Shown here piece after piece: positions 17,583-27,218 of a stretch of DNA of 59,049 nt. Below the pieces are notes generated by a model that saw only the letters and a program-made list of their open reading frames with translations, did not search any database and was not told the origin of the DNA. The stretch is from NCBI GenBank assembly GCA_021108405.1, contig JAIOQW010000163.1, positions 1 to 59,049 of the forward strand, written 5' to 3'. Each line of letters opens with the position of its first letter. The stretch's first letter is position 1. Both the position numbers and the translations under genes were made by a program. The stretch comes from Methanosarcinales archaeon. GTDB lineage: Archaea; Halobacteriota; Methanosarcinia; Methanosarcinales; Methanocomedenaceae.

Positions 17583-20549
17583 TCACCTATTATCATTACT
17601 ATCCTCTGTAATTAATATCGTATATCTTAACCCTTCCTCCAGGGATCGTTCTGCAGTGACAGGATCTAACACAACTCCAAGACCAGACAATCTATCCACT
17701 GTTTCAGGTTTAATACCTGCTATAATACATGTTGCATCAAGTAGCTTTGCATATCGTGCAATGTTGATCAGAGGATTCAATGTTTCAATATCTTGTTCTA
17801 TTCCTGTAATATCAAGAATGACAGCTTTTGTTTTAATGTCAGATACCTCTTCTAATATAGTTACCATCAGACTATTAACGCGGCCCGTATATGCCTCAAG
17901 CCTCTTGATGGTTTCCTGCAGTTCATGCTTTGATCTTTTTCGCTCGGTAATGTCGCGAGCAGCTGCAAATACCCCAACAATCTCTCCAGCTTCATCTTTA
18001 TAGACCGATGCATTATAGGCCACAATAGTTTCGGTTCCATCCTTAGCTTTCATGATCAGTTCATAATCCCTGATTTCTTTGGTCTCAAAGACCAGCTCTA
18101 CAGCTTTGTTTGCCTTTTCAGGGTCTGTGAAATAATCAGCGAATGGTGTTCTTATCAACTCTTCCCTGCTTCTGCCAGTAGCTTTAATTGTAGCCTCGTT
18201 CACATCCAGAATAATACCTTTCTTGTCAAAGGTTACAAGAGGATCTGGGTTTACCTCAATTAATTCCCGATTGTAGAGCTGAAGATCCTGTATTTCCTTT
18301 TTAGCACGCTTGAGCCCGGTGATATCTTTAAAATCCTCTACAATCCCTAAGAATTTGCCGTTTCGATCAAATCTTGCAGCATTCAGAATAATAGGTATCT
18401 CTTTACCGTCCGGTCGGATCTTGATAGATTCTCGCTCAACAAACTCTTCTCCTTTTTTTATCATCTCGAGTGGACATTCTTTAGTATGGCAGCATTCCCC
18501 GCTAAAGATATCGTAGCATTTCTTACCGATGATTTCATCCTCATCCATGCCCACCAATCTGATAAAGGTTTTATTCACCTTGATGATGTTAAAATCAGCA
18601 TCTATTACACACATTGCATTGGCAGCGATCTGGAAGATGAGGTCGAGTTCTGCTTTACTTTCACTTAGTGCAATTTCAGCATTTTTTCGCTCGGTGATGT
18701 CGCGAGCAGCGGCAAAAGCTCCGACTATCTGTCCGGTCTCATCTTTATAGACCGACGCGTTATAAGCAACAATGATTTCGTTTCCATCCCTGGCTTTCAT
18801 GACCAGCTCATAATTCCAAAACTCCCCTATTCCAAAGACCAGGTCCACACCTTTTTGTGCCTTTTCAGGGTCTGTGAAATAATCAGCGAATGGTGTTCCT
18901 ATCAACTCTTCCCTGCTTGTGCCGGTAGCTTTAATTGTAGCCTCGTTCACATCCAGAATAATACCTTTCTTGTCAAAGGTTACAAGAGGATCGAGGTTTA
19001 TCTCAATTAATCCCCGATAGTAGCGCTGAAGATCCTGTATTTCCTTTTCAGCACGCTTGAGCCCGGTGATATCTTTAAAATCCTCTACAATTCCTACAAA
19101 TTTGCCATTTCTATCAAATCTTGCAGCACTCAGAATAATAGGTATCTCTTTACCGTCCGGTCGCTTCTTGACAGATTCACGTTCAATAAATTCTTCTCCC
19201 TTTTTTATCATCTCGAGTGGACAATCTTTAGTATGGCAGAATTCCCCGCTAAAGATATCATAGCATTTCTTACCAATGATTTCATCTTCATTCATGCCCA
19301 CCAATCTTATAAAGGTTTTATTCACCCTAATGATGTTAAAATCAGCATCTATTACACACATTGCATCAGCAGCGATCCGGAAGATGAGGTCGAGTTCTGC
19401 TCTACTTTCACACAGTGCAATTTCAGCATTTTTTCGCTCGGTAATGTCACGGGCAGCGGCAAAAGCACCTGCCACCTGTCCATTTTGATCCCTGTAAACA
19501 GAAGCATTGTATGAAACGATAGTCTCGGTACCATCCCTGGCTTTCATGACCAGCTCACAATTCCGAACCTCTCCAGTCCCAAAGACCAGCATCGCACCTT
19601 TGTGTGCCCTTTCGGGATCAGTGAAATAATCAGCAAATAGTGTTCCTATCAACTCTTCCCGAGTTCTGCCTGTAGCTTTAATTGTAGCCTCGTTTACATC
19701 CTGAATGATCCCTTTATAATTGAATGTTACCAGTGGATCAAGGCTTGTTTCGATCAAGCCTCGATTATAACGCTGAAGATTGTGAATTTCCATATCTGTA
19801 CGCTTTCGCTCAGTAATATCACGGGCGGCAGCAAAAGCACCAATAATCTTTCCACTCTGATCTCTATAGACCGAAGCATTATATGAGACTGTGATCTCTG
19901 TTCCATCCTTTGTTTTCATAACCAGTTCATAATCCCTGACCTCTCCGGTTTCAAAGACCAGGTTCACACCTTTATGTGCCTTTTCAGGGTGTAAGAAATA
20001 ATCAGCGAATGGTGTTCCTATCAACTCTTCCCTGTTTCGACCTATGGCTTTGACTGTTGCCTCATTCACATCCATAATAATTCCATTTTGATCGAATGTT
20101 ACCAGTGGATCGAGGCTTGTCTCGATCAAGCCTCGATTATAACGCTGAAGATTGTGAATTTCCATATCTTTCCGCTTTTGCTCAGTAATATCGCGGGCGG
20201 CAGCAAAGGCACCAATAATCTTTCCACTCTGGTCTCTATGGACCGAAGCATTATATGAGACTGTGATCTCTGTTCCATCCTTTGTTTTCATGACCAGCTC
20301 ATAATCCCTGACCTCTCCGGTTTCAAAGACCAGATTCACACCTTTGTGTGCCCTTTTAGGATCAGTGAAATAATCAGTGAATGGTGTTTTTATCAACTCT
20401 TCCCTGCTTCTGCCTGTGGCTTTGACTGTTGCCTCATTCACGTCCATAATAATTCCATTCTGATCGAATGTTACCAGTGGATCGAGGCTAATTAATTGTA
20501 GCTCTTTTTCTATATACCTAAGAGGCGATTTATTTATTATGTTATTCAT
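17583..20549 (-). CDS. Soluble sensor with seven PAS/PAC domains and a C-terminal RsbR-like (N-truncated) STAS domain
   Basis: Seven repeats ending in DIT; C-term AVILDITGI..AKLLDATCIIAGIKPETV..LGV..SLEEGL; likely ATG at 20549. Confidence 0.85.
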   Translation of the reverse strand: MNNIINKSPLRYIEKELQLISLDPLVTFDQNGIIMDVNEATVKATGRSREELIKTPFTDYFTDPKRAHKGVNLVFETGEVRDYELVMKTKDGTEITVSYNASVHRDQSGKIIGAFAAARDITEQKRKDMEIHNLQRYNRGLIETSLDPLVTFDQNGIIMDVNEATVKAIGRNREELIGTPFADYFLHPEKAHKGVNLVFETGEVRDYELVMKTKDGTEITVSYNASVYRDQSGKIIGAFAAARDITERKRTDMEIHNLQRYNRGLIETSLDPLVTFNYKGIIQDVNEATIKATGRTREELIGTLFADYFTDPERAHKGAMLVFGTGEVRNCELVMKARDGTETIVSYNASVYRDQNGQVAGAFAAARDITERKNAEIALCESRAELDLIFRIAADAMCVIDADFNIIRVNKTFIRLVGMNEDEIIGKKCYDIFSGEFCHTKDCPLEMIKKGEEFIERESVKKRPDGKEIPIILSAARFDRNGKFVGIVEDFKDITGLKRAEKEIQDLQRYYRGLIEINLDPLVTFDKKGIILDVNEATIKATGTSREELIGTPFADYFTDPEKAQKGVDLVFGIGEFWNYELVMKARDGNEIIVAYNASVYKDETGQIVGAFAAARDITERKNAEIALSESKAELDLIFQIAANAMCVIDADFNIIKVNKTFIRLVGMDEDEIIGKKCYDIFSGECCHTKECPLEMIKKGEEFVERESIKIRPDGKEIPIILNAARFDRNGKFLGIVEDFKDITGLKRAKKEIQDLQLYNRELIEVNPDPLVTFDKKGIILDVNEATIKATGRSREELIRTPFADYFTDPEKANKAVELVFETKEIRDYELIMKAKDGTETIVAYNASVYKDEAGEIVGVFAAARDITERKRSKHELQETIKRLEAYTGRVNSLMVTILEEVSDIKTKAVILDITGIEQDIETLNPLINIARYAKLLDATCIIAGIKPETVDRLSGLGVVLDPVTAERSLEEGLRYTILITEDSNDNR

Positions 20550-21090
20550 GTGATAACTTCCAGAGAAATAAAATAAATACAAATTTTTTAGTGATTTATT
20601 GGATAAAGTTATTAATTATATAGTTTTGTTTTCATCTTTTAAAAACCCAACTATAAAGTAAAATATCATATGGCTGGAAATTAAAAATATTAACGTCTGT
20701 TTGGAGTTTTTGGACCATCTGTGAGACTTTTTATTATTTTCTGGAGGATCAACAGCCAGCCGTGTGATACTGCACCGTAAAAAACGTAAAGTGTACCTGT
20801 TCAGCTTTAAATATCCCTGCCATTCTGACTCCAGATTTGAACATTGAATAACTTCAATTTGCAAATAATAACATCAAACTAAAACGAACTGAAACGAACT
20901 CTTTGACCAGAAAAAATAAAAAAGTATCCCATCTGTATGGGAAATGATTATATCTACAAAAATTATATATATACCCTCTCATAATATTATACTAACAAAT
21001 AGATGGTTTTGCAGGAGATCATTTATTACATTAATGAAAAAATCTTACGGTTGGTAGGTTTTCAAGTATAAAATCATACTTAATACACTG

Positions 21091-21345
21091 TAGAACAAAA
21101 TCCTTCCTTCGGTCAGATTTTCTTGACTGAGGCTCTTAAAAGAGCCGAAGATTAGAAGATTCGTAAAATCTTCACCTGAGGCTCTTAAAAGAGCCGAAGA
21201 TTAGAAGATTCGTAAAATCTTCACCTGAGGCTCTTAAAAGAGCCGAAGATTAGAAGATTCGTAAAATCTTCACCTGAGGCTCTTAAAAGAGCCGAAGATT
21301 AGAAAATACAAAGTATTTTCGATTCAAGTTAGACTTGATGTACTA
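21091..21345. repeat. Long GAACAAAATCC modular element containing a 49-bp tandem array (3.6 copies, 21127-21304)
   Basis: Unit CTGAGGCTCTTAAAAGAGCCGAAGATTAGAAGATTCGTAAAATCTTCAC at 21127, 21176, 21225, partial at 21274; no spacers. Confidence 0.95.
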
Positions 21346-21356
21346 TAAAAATATGG

Positions 21357-23342
21357 TTGGAGAGTTGTTATAATATGGTTGATATCAATTACTATAAAGT
21401 TAAAATATATGGATACTGGAATTGTTTGAGTGGAAATAAGGTTTTACTGTTATTTATCTTTATTATTTCTACTCTATTAGTGTTACCTATACTGGCTTTA
21501 GGTGAAATAGAAGTCCTTGAGGTTGATGAATATGAATTTATTGGTTTTGTACAAAATATACATCCAGGTCATGCCCCATATGTCATATTTTCGTTAACTT
21601 CATCAACATACCCGGGTATCCTGTATTATGACTTCCGGACTGGAGATGGTTATGAATCCCTGGACTTTATTGTAGATACTGCCAATCGCCAGATAAAGGG
21701 TATGGATAATTTCACCTATTCAACATCGATCTATAATAAAGATGGTGAAGATTTTATTGCATGGCTCGGTGACCCCTATTTTGTCATAGAAGCTGGTAGT
21801 GATTGGTATCTGGCCCAAATGCTGGTGAATGAAGACGAAGACGATACCCATCTACTGGAATTAGGTGAGAGCTTGTTACTGGAAGAAGGTATTGCAATAA
21901 CCCCACTTGAAATAGATACTAATGATAATAAAGTATGTTTTAGTGTTACAAAGGACGGTGAAGAATTAGATAATTCAACTATCAAGGAAGGAGAGATATT
22001 CACCTACAAGAAAGACCTTAACGAAAGCGGTTATAATGATAACTGGATATTAAGGTTTAATGTGGATGTAGTATTCGAAGGTATGAATACAAATCTTGTC
22101 AAGATTAACAATACGCAACTGATATCAAATGACATAATTAAAATCGAAACACCGGATAATGATATGTTCAGCGGATTTGAGATAACGTCAATAAATAGTG
22201 ATACAACTCTTCAGATCAGATTTGATAATGCTGATGATAATATTTCCCTGATAAAGAACCAAACAGTCGGTTTCATAGGAGACACATTCAATTTCAAGAT
22301 CAATGAAGACGGAGATATCGGCGGACTTGTTGTAATGATTACTGAACCTGGTATTCATGAAATTTTTGCAGAAGTCTGTAATTTATCACCAGGGGTTTAT
22401 TCTTATTTCTATCTGACTTCAGTCAACAATCCAGGTATCCTGTATTATGACTTAGATGAAGGAGTTGGCAGTGAGGTTTTGGACATTACAGTTAGCAATG
22501 ATGATCTCGAGATTGCCAAAGGTAATTTCACATATAATACTACTGCCTATAAAGACGAGAATAATAATAATATGATTGCATGGCTCGGTAAACCATATAG
22601 TGTCGTAAGTAAATGCGGTGATTGGTATTTCAGTGAACTACTTATAGATGATGGTGATGATGATTTTCATCTATTAGAAATCGGCGAGGCACTGACTCTA
22701 AAAGAAGGTTATACTGTAATTCCACAGGAGATTGATGTTGACGGTGAAGAGGCATGGTTTGATATTGTAAAGAATGGTGATGTAATAGACAGTTCAGTTC
22801 AATGTGAAGGGTCTCAGTACATATACGAAGAAGATTTGAACGAAAGCGGGAGCACAGATAACTGGGTAATAAAGTTTAATGTAGAAACTGTTATTGCAGG
22901 GACGAATACCAACACAGTCAAGATCAATCACACAAGTCAGATTTCATCAGATGTTGTTAAAGCCGAAGATGGAGATAAGGATCTATTCGATGGCTTTATA
23001 ATCAAAACATACGATATTGCTCCTGGAAAAATTGAGATAGTGATTGATGGAAGTGATGATGAGATCAAACTGAAGAAAGGCGGAACTGTCAGTTTACTTG
23101 GTGATAGGTTCAACTTCAAAGTCAATGAAAACGGAGATATCGGCGGTATATTAAAGATAGTAAGCATAAATGAATCCTGGAGAGATAGGTGGATGGGTAA
23201 TGGTTCGGAAGGGGGATCGAAAGTTACCACAACAGAGCTTCAGGATGCTATTCACCACTGGTTAGAGGATATCAGGATAAGTGAACATTTGCTTTCCACA
23301 GCAGACCTTCGGGAGGTTATTGCAATATGGCTTTTTGAATAA
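21357..23342 (+). CDS. Methanosarcinales S-layer (DUF1608 x2)-like protein with novel C-terminal tag; start uncertain
   Basis: Two repeats YYD..G.E.L, IAWLG.PY, L.LGE.L.L.EG, EID.D, KDLNESG; acidic. Confidence 0.8.
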   Translation: MESCYNMVDINYYKVKIYGYWNCLSGNKVLLLFIFIISTLLVLPILALGEIEVLEVDEYEFIGFVQNIHPGHAPYVIFSLTSSTYPGILYYDFRTGDGYESLDFIVDTANRQIKGMDNFTYSTSIYNKDGEDFIAWLGDPYFVIEAGSDWYLAQMLVNEDEDDTHLLELGESLLLEEGIAITPLEIDTNDNKVCFSVTKDGEELDNSTIKEGEIFTYKKDLNESGYNDNWILRFNVDVVFEGMNTNLVKINNTQLISNDIIKIETPDNDMFSGFEITSINSDTTLQIRFDNADDNISLIKNQTVGFIGDTFNFKINEDGDIGGLVVMITEPGIHEIFAEVCNLSPGVYSYFYLTSVNNPGILYYDLDEGVGSEVLDITVSNDDLEIAKGNFTYNTTAYKDENNNNMIAWLGKPYSVVSKCGDWYFSELLIDDGDDDFHLLEIGEALTLKEGYTVIPQEIDVDGEEAWFDIVKNGDVIDSSVQCEGSQYIYEEDLNESGSTDNWVIKFNVETVIAGTNTNTVKINHTSQISSDVVKAEDGDKDLFDGFIIKTYDIAPGKIEIVIDGSDDEIKLKKGGTVSLLGDRFNFKVNENGDIGGILKIVSINESWRDRWMGNGSEGGSKVTTTELQDAIHHWLEDIRISEHLLSTADLREVIAIWLFE

Positions 23343-23417
23343 CAAAATCTTCAAATAAGATGAAAATAATACAACAAAATAAATATTACGTATACCCATA
23401 AAAAACGAGGACGTTCA

Positions 23418-25658
23418 ATGAAATATACATATATTGTTTTGTTATTATTATTTATATCTTTATTCCTGATCAATCCTGTCAATGCAGATTCGAAAGTTGC
23501 CCCTTATGCAGATATTCCCATTCAACTTAGTGCAAATTGGCCTAAAAATTATATGGATGCAGAATTTATACAGGTAAATAACAATGATAGGATCAGGCAG
23601 AATGGAGATATTTCTAAAATAAAATTTGCTGTAGCAGATGCTTCAAATTTGATGGAATTTTATTTTACTATTTGGAGAAAAAACGAAATAGGTGGTTATG
23701 ATAGAATAGCTATCACAGATAATTTAAGAGGAGATATTTCAAACGGAATAAACGAAATAGAATTGAGTGAACCAATAAGCGGAGTGCAAGAAGGTGATTA
23801 TTATGGATACCGTATTAAAACTTCCGGACCTGCATTATATGTAGATACAAGAGAGATACGTCTAACATACTATGTAGATGGCAGTGTATTATCTATAATA
23901 AATTTTGACTGGGAAAGCAATAGGGATGATTGGGACTTATATATTTTTGTAATTGAACCCTATATGGATAATCCTTACATGACTTTCATCGGTGATTCAA
24001 TAATAGTTGGAATTCCACAGCATCTTTCTTTCCTTCACGAAAATGAAAATACCAATATCCCATCAACAATTGAATATCAATGGTCAGACAAAGTTAATGA
24101 TAGAATTTATCAAAACATGGGTTACGGCGGTCATGGAACTCCGGAACTACAAAATAGATTCAATGAAGATGTAGTGCAATTAGATCCGGAATTTGCGTTA
24201 ATAGAAGGTGGTATTATTGATATTCGTAGAGTTGGTGGCACAAACGAAGTAATTATTAATAACTGGAGGGCAATGATCGAAGAAGCTTATAATAATGGTA
24301 TAACTCCTGTTATTATGTTAATATTGCCCTGTACAGACATTGATGATTCTAAATCAGAACGAGTAGATGTAATTAATGAACAATTAATAACTATGGCAGC
24401 GGAATATTCTCCGTCGATTGTGGTTGATGCAAGGAGCTATGTAGGTATTGATAGAAGTAGTGGTGTTGATGGAAATTTATGGGATATTATTCCATCTTAT
24501 ACTAGTGATGATTTGCATTTTAATTCTGCTGGTAATGAAAGGATCGCTCAGGCAATTAAAGATTCGTTTAAATATGTCTATGGAAAGCCAGGACTCTGCA
24601 ACCTGATCCAATCTGACGGAACGATCATTTACAGTGGAGGTCTCAGCAATGCAATCAATACTTCCTGGAGAATGGCATCAATCAGCGGCATTGCCAATGT
24701 AATTTATAATGAACCCTCTTCACATGAAATTGCAAGATTTACTATTAATAGTGGTACAGTTGATTGGTTCAGTATATGTGATCTATCATCCGGTCAAGAT
24801 TATTACTTACGAAATTCAGACGGCTCATTTATTGAAAGTAGTACAGCAATAAACGAAATGGTGAAATTTACCACAGATATATCCCACGGTACTTATTATG
24901 TAAACTACATCATTCCTGACATCCTTGATCCGGTAATATTAACTGCAACTGCCGATCCGGATGAAATTGAAGCAAATGGAATAGATAATACTCTATTAAA
25001 TGTCACAGCCTTTGATATTGACAGCGGTATTGCAAGTGTAACTATTAATCTCTTAGCACTCAACGGCTCCCCGGTTCAACCAATGACCAATAATAGCGGT
25101 GTCTGGCAGTGCATTATAAATGCCACAATTATTGGAGATCACATCCTCCCTGTCAATGTAACTGATAATGCCGGGAATTCCAATACTTCGGTGTATATTT
25201 TATTAAATGCAAGCGATACAATATTACCTGTTATCACCAGTCCGGATGATAGACAGGTTGAACAAAATTTATCTGGAAATATCACCTGGAATATAACAGA
25301 AATACATCCTGATAAGTACTGGATATTAAGAAATGGCACCCAGATTATACCTCCTTCATCCTATGAGAACGGCGATAATATCATAGTACCTATAAATACT
25401 TCAACATTAGGTACCTGGGACTATATCATCTTTGCAACTGATGAATCGTGGAATACAGCAAGTGACCAGGTGAATATCTCTATAATCAGCAACTGGCGTG
25501 ATGAGTGGATGGGTGAAAATTCCCCAGGAGGAACTACAGTTACCACAAGCGAGCTTCAGGATGCTATTCACCACTGGTTAGAGAATTTACCGGTCAAAGA
25601 CCATACACTCTCAACACCGGATCTTCAGGAGGTCATAGCAGTGTGGTTGTCAGAATAA
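23418..25658 (+). CDS. Secreted SGNH/GDSL hydrolase with Ig-like domains and the same C-terminal tag
   Basis: Signal peptide; FIGDSI, NMGYGG, GGIID, DDLHFN blocks. Confidence 0.8.
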   Translation: MKYTYIVLLLLFISLFLINPVNADSKVAPYADIPIQLSANWPKNYMDAEFIQVNNNDRIRQNGDISKIKFAVADASNLMEFYFTIWRKNEIGGYDRIAITDNLRGDISNGINEIELSEPISGVQEGDYYGYRIKTSGPALYVDTREIRLTYYVDGSVLSIINFDWESNRDDWDLYIFVIEPYMDNPYMTFIGDSIIVGIPQHLSFLHENENTNIPSTIEYQWSDKVNDRIYQNMGYGGHGTPELQNRFNEDVVQLDPEFALIEGGIIDIRRVGGTNEVIINNWRAMIEEAYNNGITPVIMLILPCTDIDDSKSERVDVINEQLITMAAEYSPSIVVDARSYVGIDRSSGVDGNLWDIIPSYTSDDLHFNSAGNERIAQAIKDSFKYVYGKPGLCNLIQSDGTIIYSGGLSNAINTSWRMASISGIANVIYNEPSSHEIARFTINSGTVDWFSICDLSSGQDYYLRNSDGSFIESSTAINEMVKFTTDISHGTYYVNYIIPDILDPVILTATADPDEIEANGIDNTLLNVTAFDIDSGIASVTINLLALNGSPVQPMTNNSGVWQCIINATIIGDHILPVNVTDNAGNSNTSVYILLNASDTILPVITSPDDRQVEQNLSGNITWNITEIHPDKYWILRNGTQIIPPSSYENGDNIIVPINTSTLGTWDYIIFATDESWNTASDQVNISIISNWRDEWMGENSPGGTTVTTSELQDAIHHWLENLPVKDHTLSTPDLQEVIAVWLSE

Positions 25659-25747
25659 ATGCTAATCTCACATATCTTTATATATTAGCATACAATATAT
25701 TAACATTGTAATTATTTACTGCATGAATGTAATACAGGGGGAAATTT

Positions 25748-26446
25748 ATGGAACGAATATCCACAGGCATCATCGAGCTTGATGCCAAATTAGACGGGGG
25801 TTATCCCGAGGGCAAAGTAATACTGGTCACAGGTACACCAGGGGCAGGAAAATCTATATTCGGGCTGCACTTCCTGTATAAAGCCTGCCAGGACGGGAAA
25901 AAATGCAATTTGATCGCTACGGAAGAGCCTCCTGATGATATCTTCATCCAGGCTGAGATGCTCGGGCTAAATCTAAGACCCTATGTCGATAATAAACAGC
26001 TTGAAGTAGAGCGTATATTTGAGTCCAGAACAGAGACTACCAAACAGGCTGACCAGTATGGGTATGGATTTGAAGGTACGCAGGAAAATATACTTGATAA
26101 GGTAAAATCAGTTCCTGATGATACTGATGTAGTAGTAATAGATAATATAGGTGTATTTGCACTGAACTTGAGTGTAAAGGAATTCAGGGACCAGATAGAT
26201 ACCATAAACAGTGTACTCGTTAAAAAAGGCATATCAACTCTCATTGTCATGGATGAGACCGCTTATGAGATAACTCATAGACTTGCCGAATATTCGGTAT
26301 ACGGTTCTTTGAGGCTTATGATGAAGGAGAATCCTTATACAGGTAAGCGTGAGCGGTATATTGATATCCCGAAGATGCGCTGTACTGACATTTCACTTGA
26401 TCTGTTTGTGTTTGACATAACATCCGAAGGGATCAAACTCAAATAG
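25748..26446 (+). CDS. KaiC/RAD55-like ATPase (pilus-associated)
   Basis: ISTGIIELD..GGYP, GTPGAGKS, TEE, VVIDN, KMR. Confidence 0.9.
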   Translation: MERISTGIIELDAKLDGGYPEGKVILVTGTPGAGKSIFGLHFLYKACQDGKKCNLIATEEPPDDIFIQAEMLGLNLRPYVDNKQLEVERIFESRTETTKQADQYGYGFEGTQENILDKVKSVPDDTDVVVIDNIGVFALNLSVKEFRDQIDTINSVLVKKGISTLIVMDETAYEITHRLAEYSVYGSLRLMMKENPYTGKRERYIDIPKMRCTDISLDLFVFDITSEGIKLK

Positions 26447-26490
26447 ACCAATATAATCCTCGCTGACGCTCAAAAAGGGGGAGAAGGAAA

Positions 26491-27204
26491 ATAGAGCGAA
26501 TATCAACAGGAATAGAAAATCTGGATGAAAAACTTAGTGGAGGTTATCCTAAAAACAGGGGTATACTGGTAACAGGAGTATCAGGTGCAGGCAAGACTAT
26601 TCTCGGACTTCACTTTCTTCATAGATCATGCACTGAAGGTAAACATTGTGTACTTATTGCAACAGAAGAGTTGCCTGAAGATATCCTCTACCAGGCAGAA
26701 ATACTGGGACTTGATCTTGCCGAATATTATAACAGCAAACAGTTAATTATTGAAAGAATGTTTGAAAGTAGGTCACAAAAAGCGGACCATGTGACAAAAT
26801 ACGGTTTTAAGCTGGAAGGACTTGATATTGAACTGCCGTCTCTTTTGAATTTTATTCCTGATGATACGGATATTGTGATTATCGACAATATCGGAGTATT
26901 AATTTTAGGCCTTTCAATTCAGGATTTCAAGAACCAGTTTGATGCATTAAATTATGTTTTCTCCAAAAGAGGCTGCACACCCATGTTTATTATGGATGAT
27001 GTTGCATATAAAATGACAAATCAAGTAGCCGATTATTCGGTATTCAGCCTGATCAAGCTTCTGGTAAAAGAAAATCCTTATACAGGTAAATTAGAGCGTT
27101 ATATGAGTATTCCTAAAATACGCAGTACTAATATCGCACCTGATCTGATGGTGTTTGATATTATGTCCAGGGGGATAAGATTTCGAAGACCACATCTTGA
27201 ATAA
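26491..27204 (+). CDS. Second KaiC/RAD55-like ATPase, ATA start
   Basis: Frame extends 60 codons upstream of the called ORF: (I/M)ERISTGIENLDEKLSGGYP..GVSGAGKT, colinear with the paralog; in-frame TGA at 26464 upstream. Confidence 0.85.
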   Translation: MERISTGIENLDEKLSGGYPKNRGILVTGVSGAGKTILGLHFLHRSCTEGKHCVLIATEELPEDILYQAEILGLDLAEYYNSKQLIIERMFESRSQKADHVTKYGFKLEGLDIELPSLLNFIPDDTDIVIIDNIGVLILGLSIQDFKNQFDALNYVFSKRGCTPMFIMDDVAYKMTNQVADYSVFSLIKLLVKENPYTGKLERYMSIPKIRSTNIAPDLMVFDIMSRGIRFRRPHLE

Positions 27205-27218
27205 GGGGGTTAGATTCA

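Noticed and set aside
20616-20864. 82-aa minus-strand ORF
   Set aside because: No recognisable motif in any frame; likely spurious or decayed
21127-21304. CRISPR array
   Set aside because: Units are identical head-to-tail with no unique spacers; no cas genes in the window
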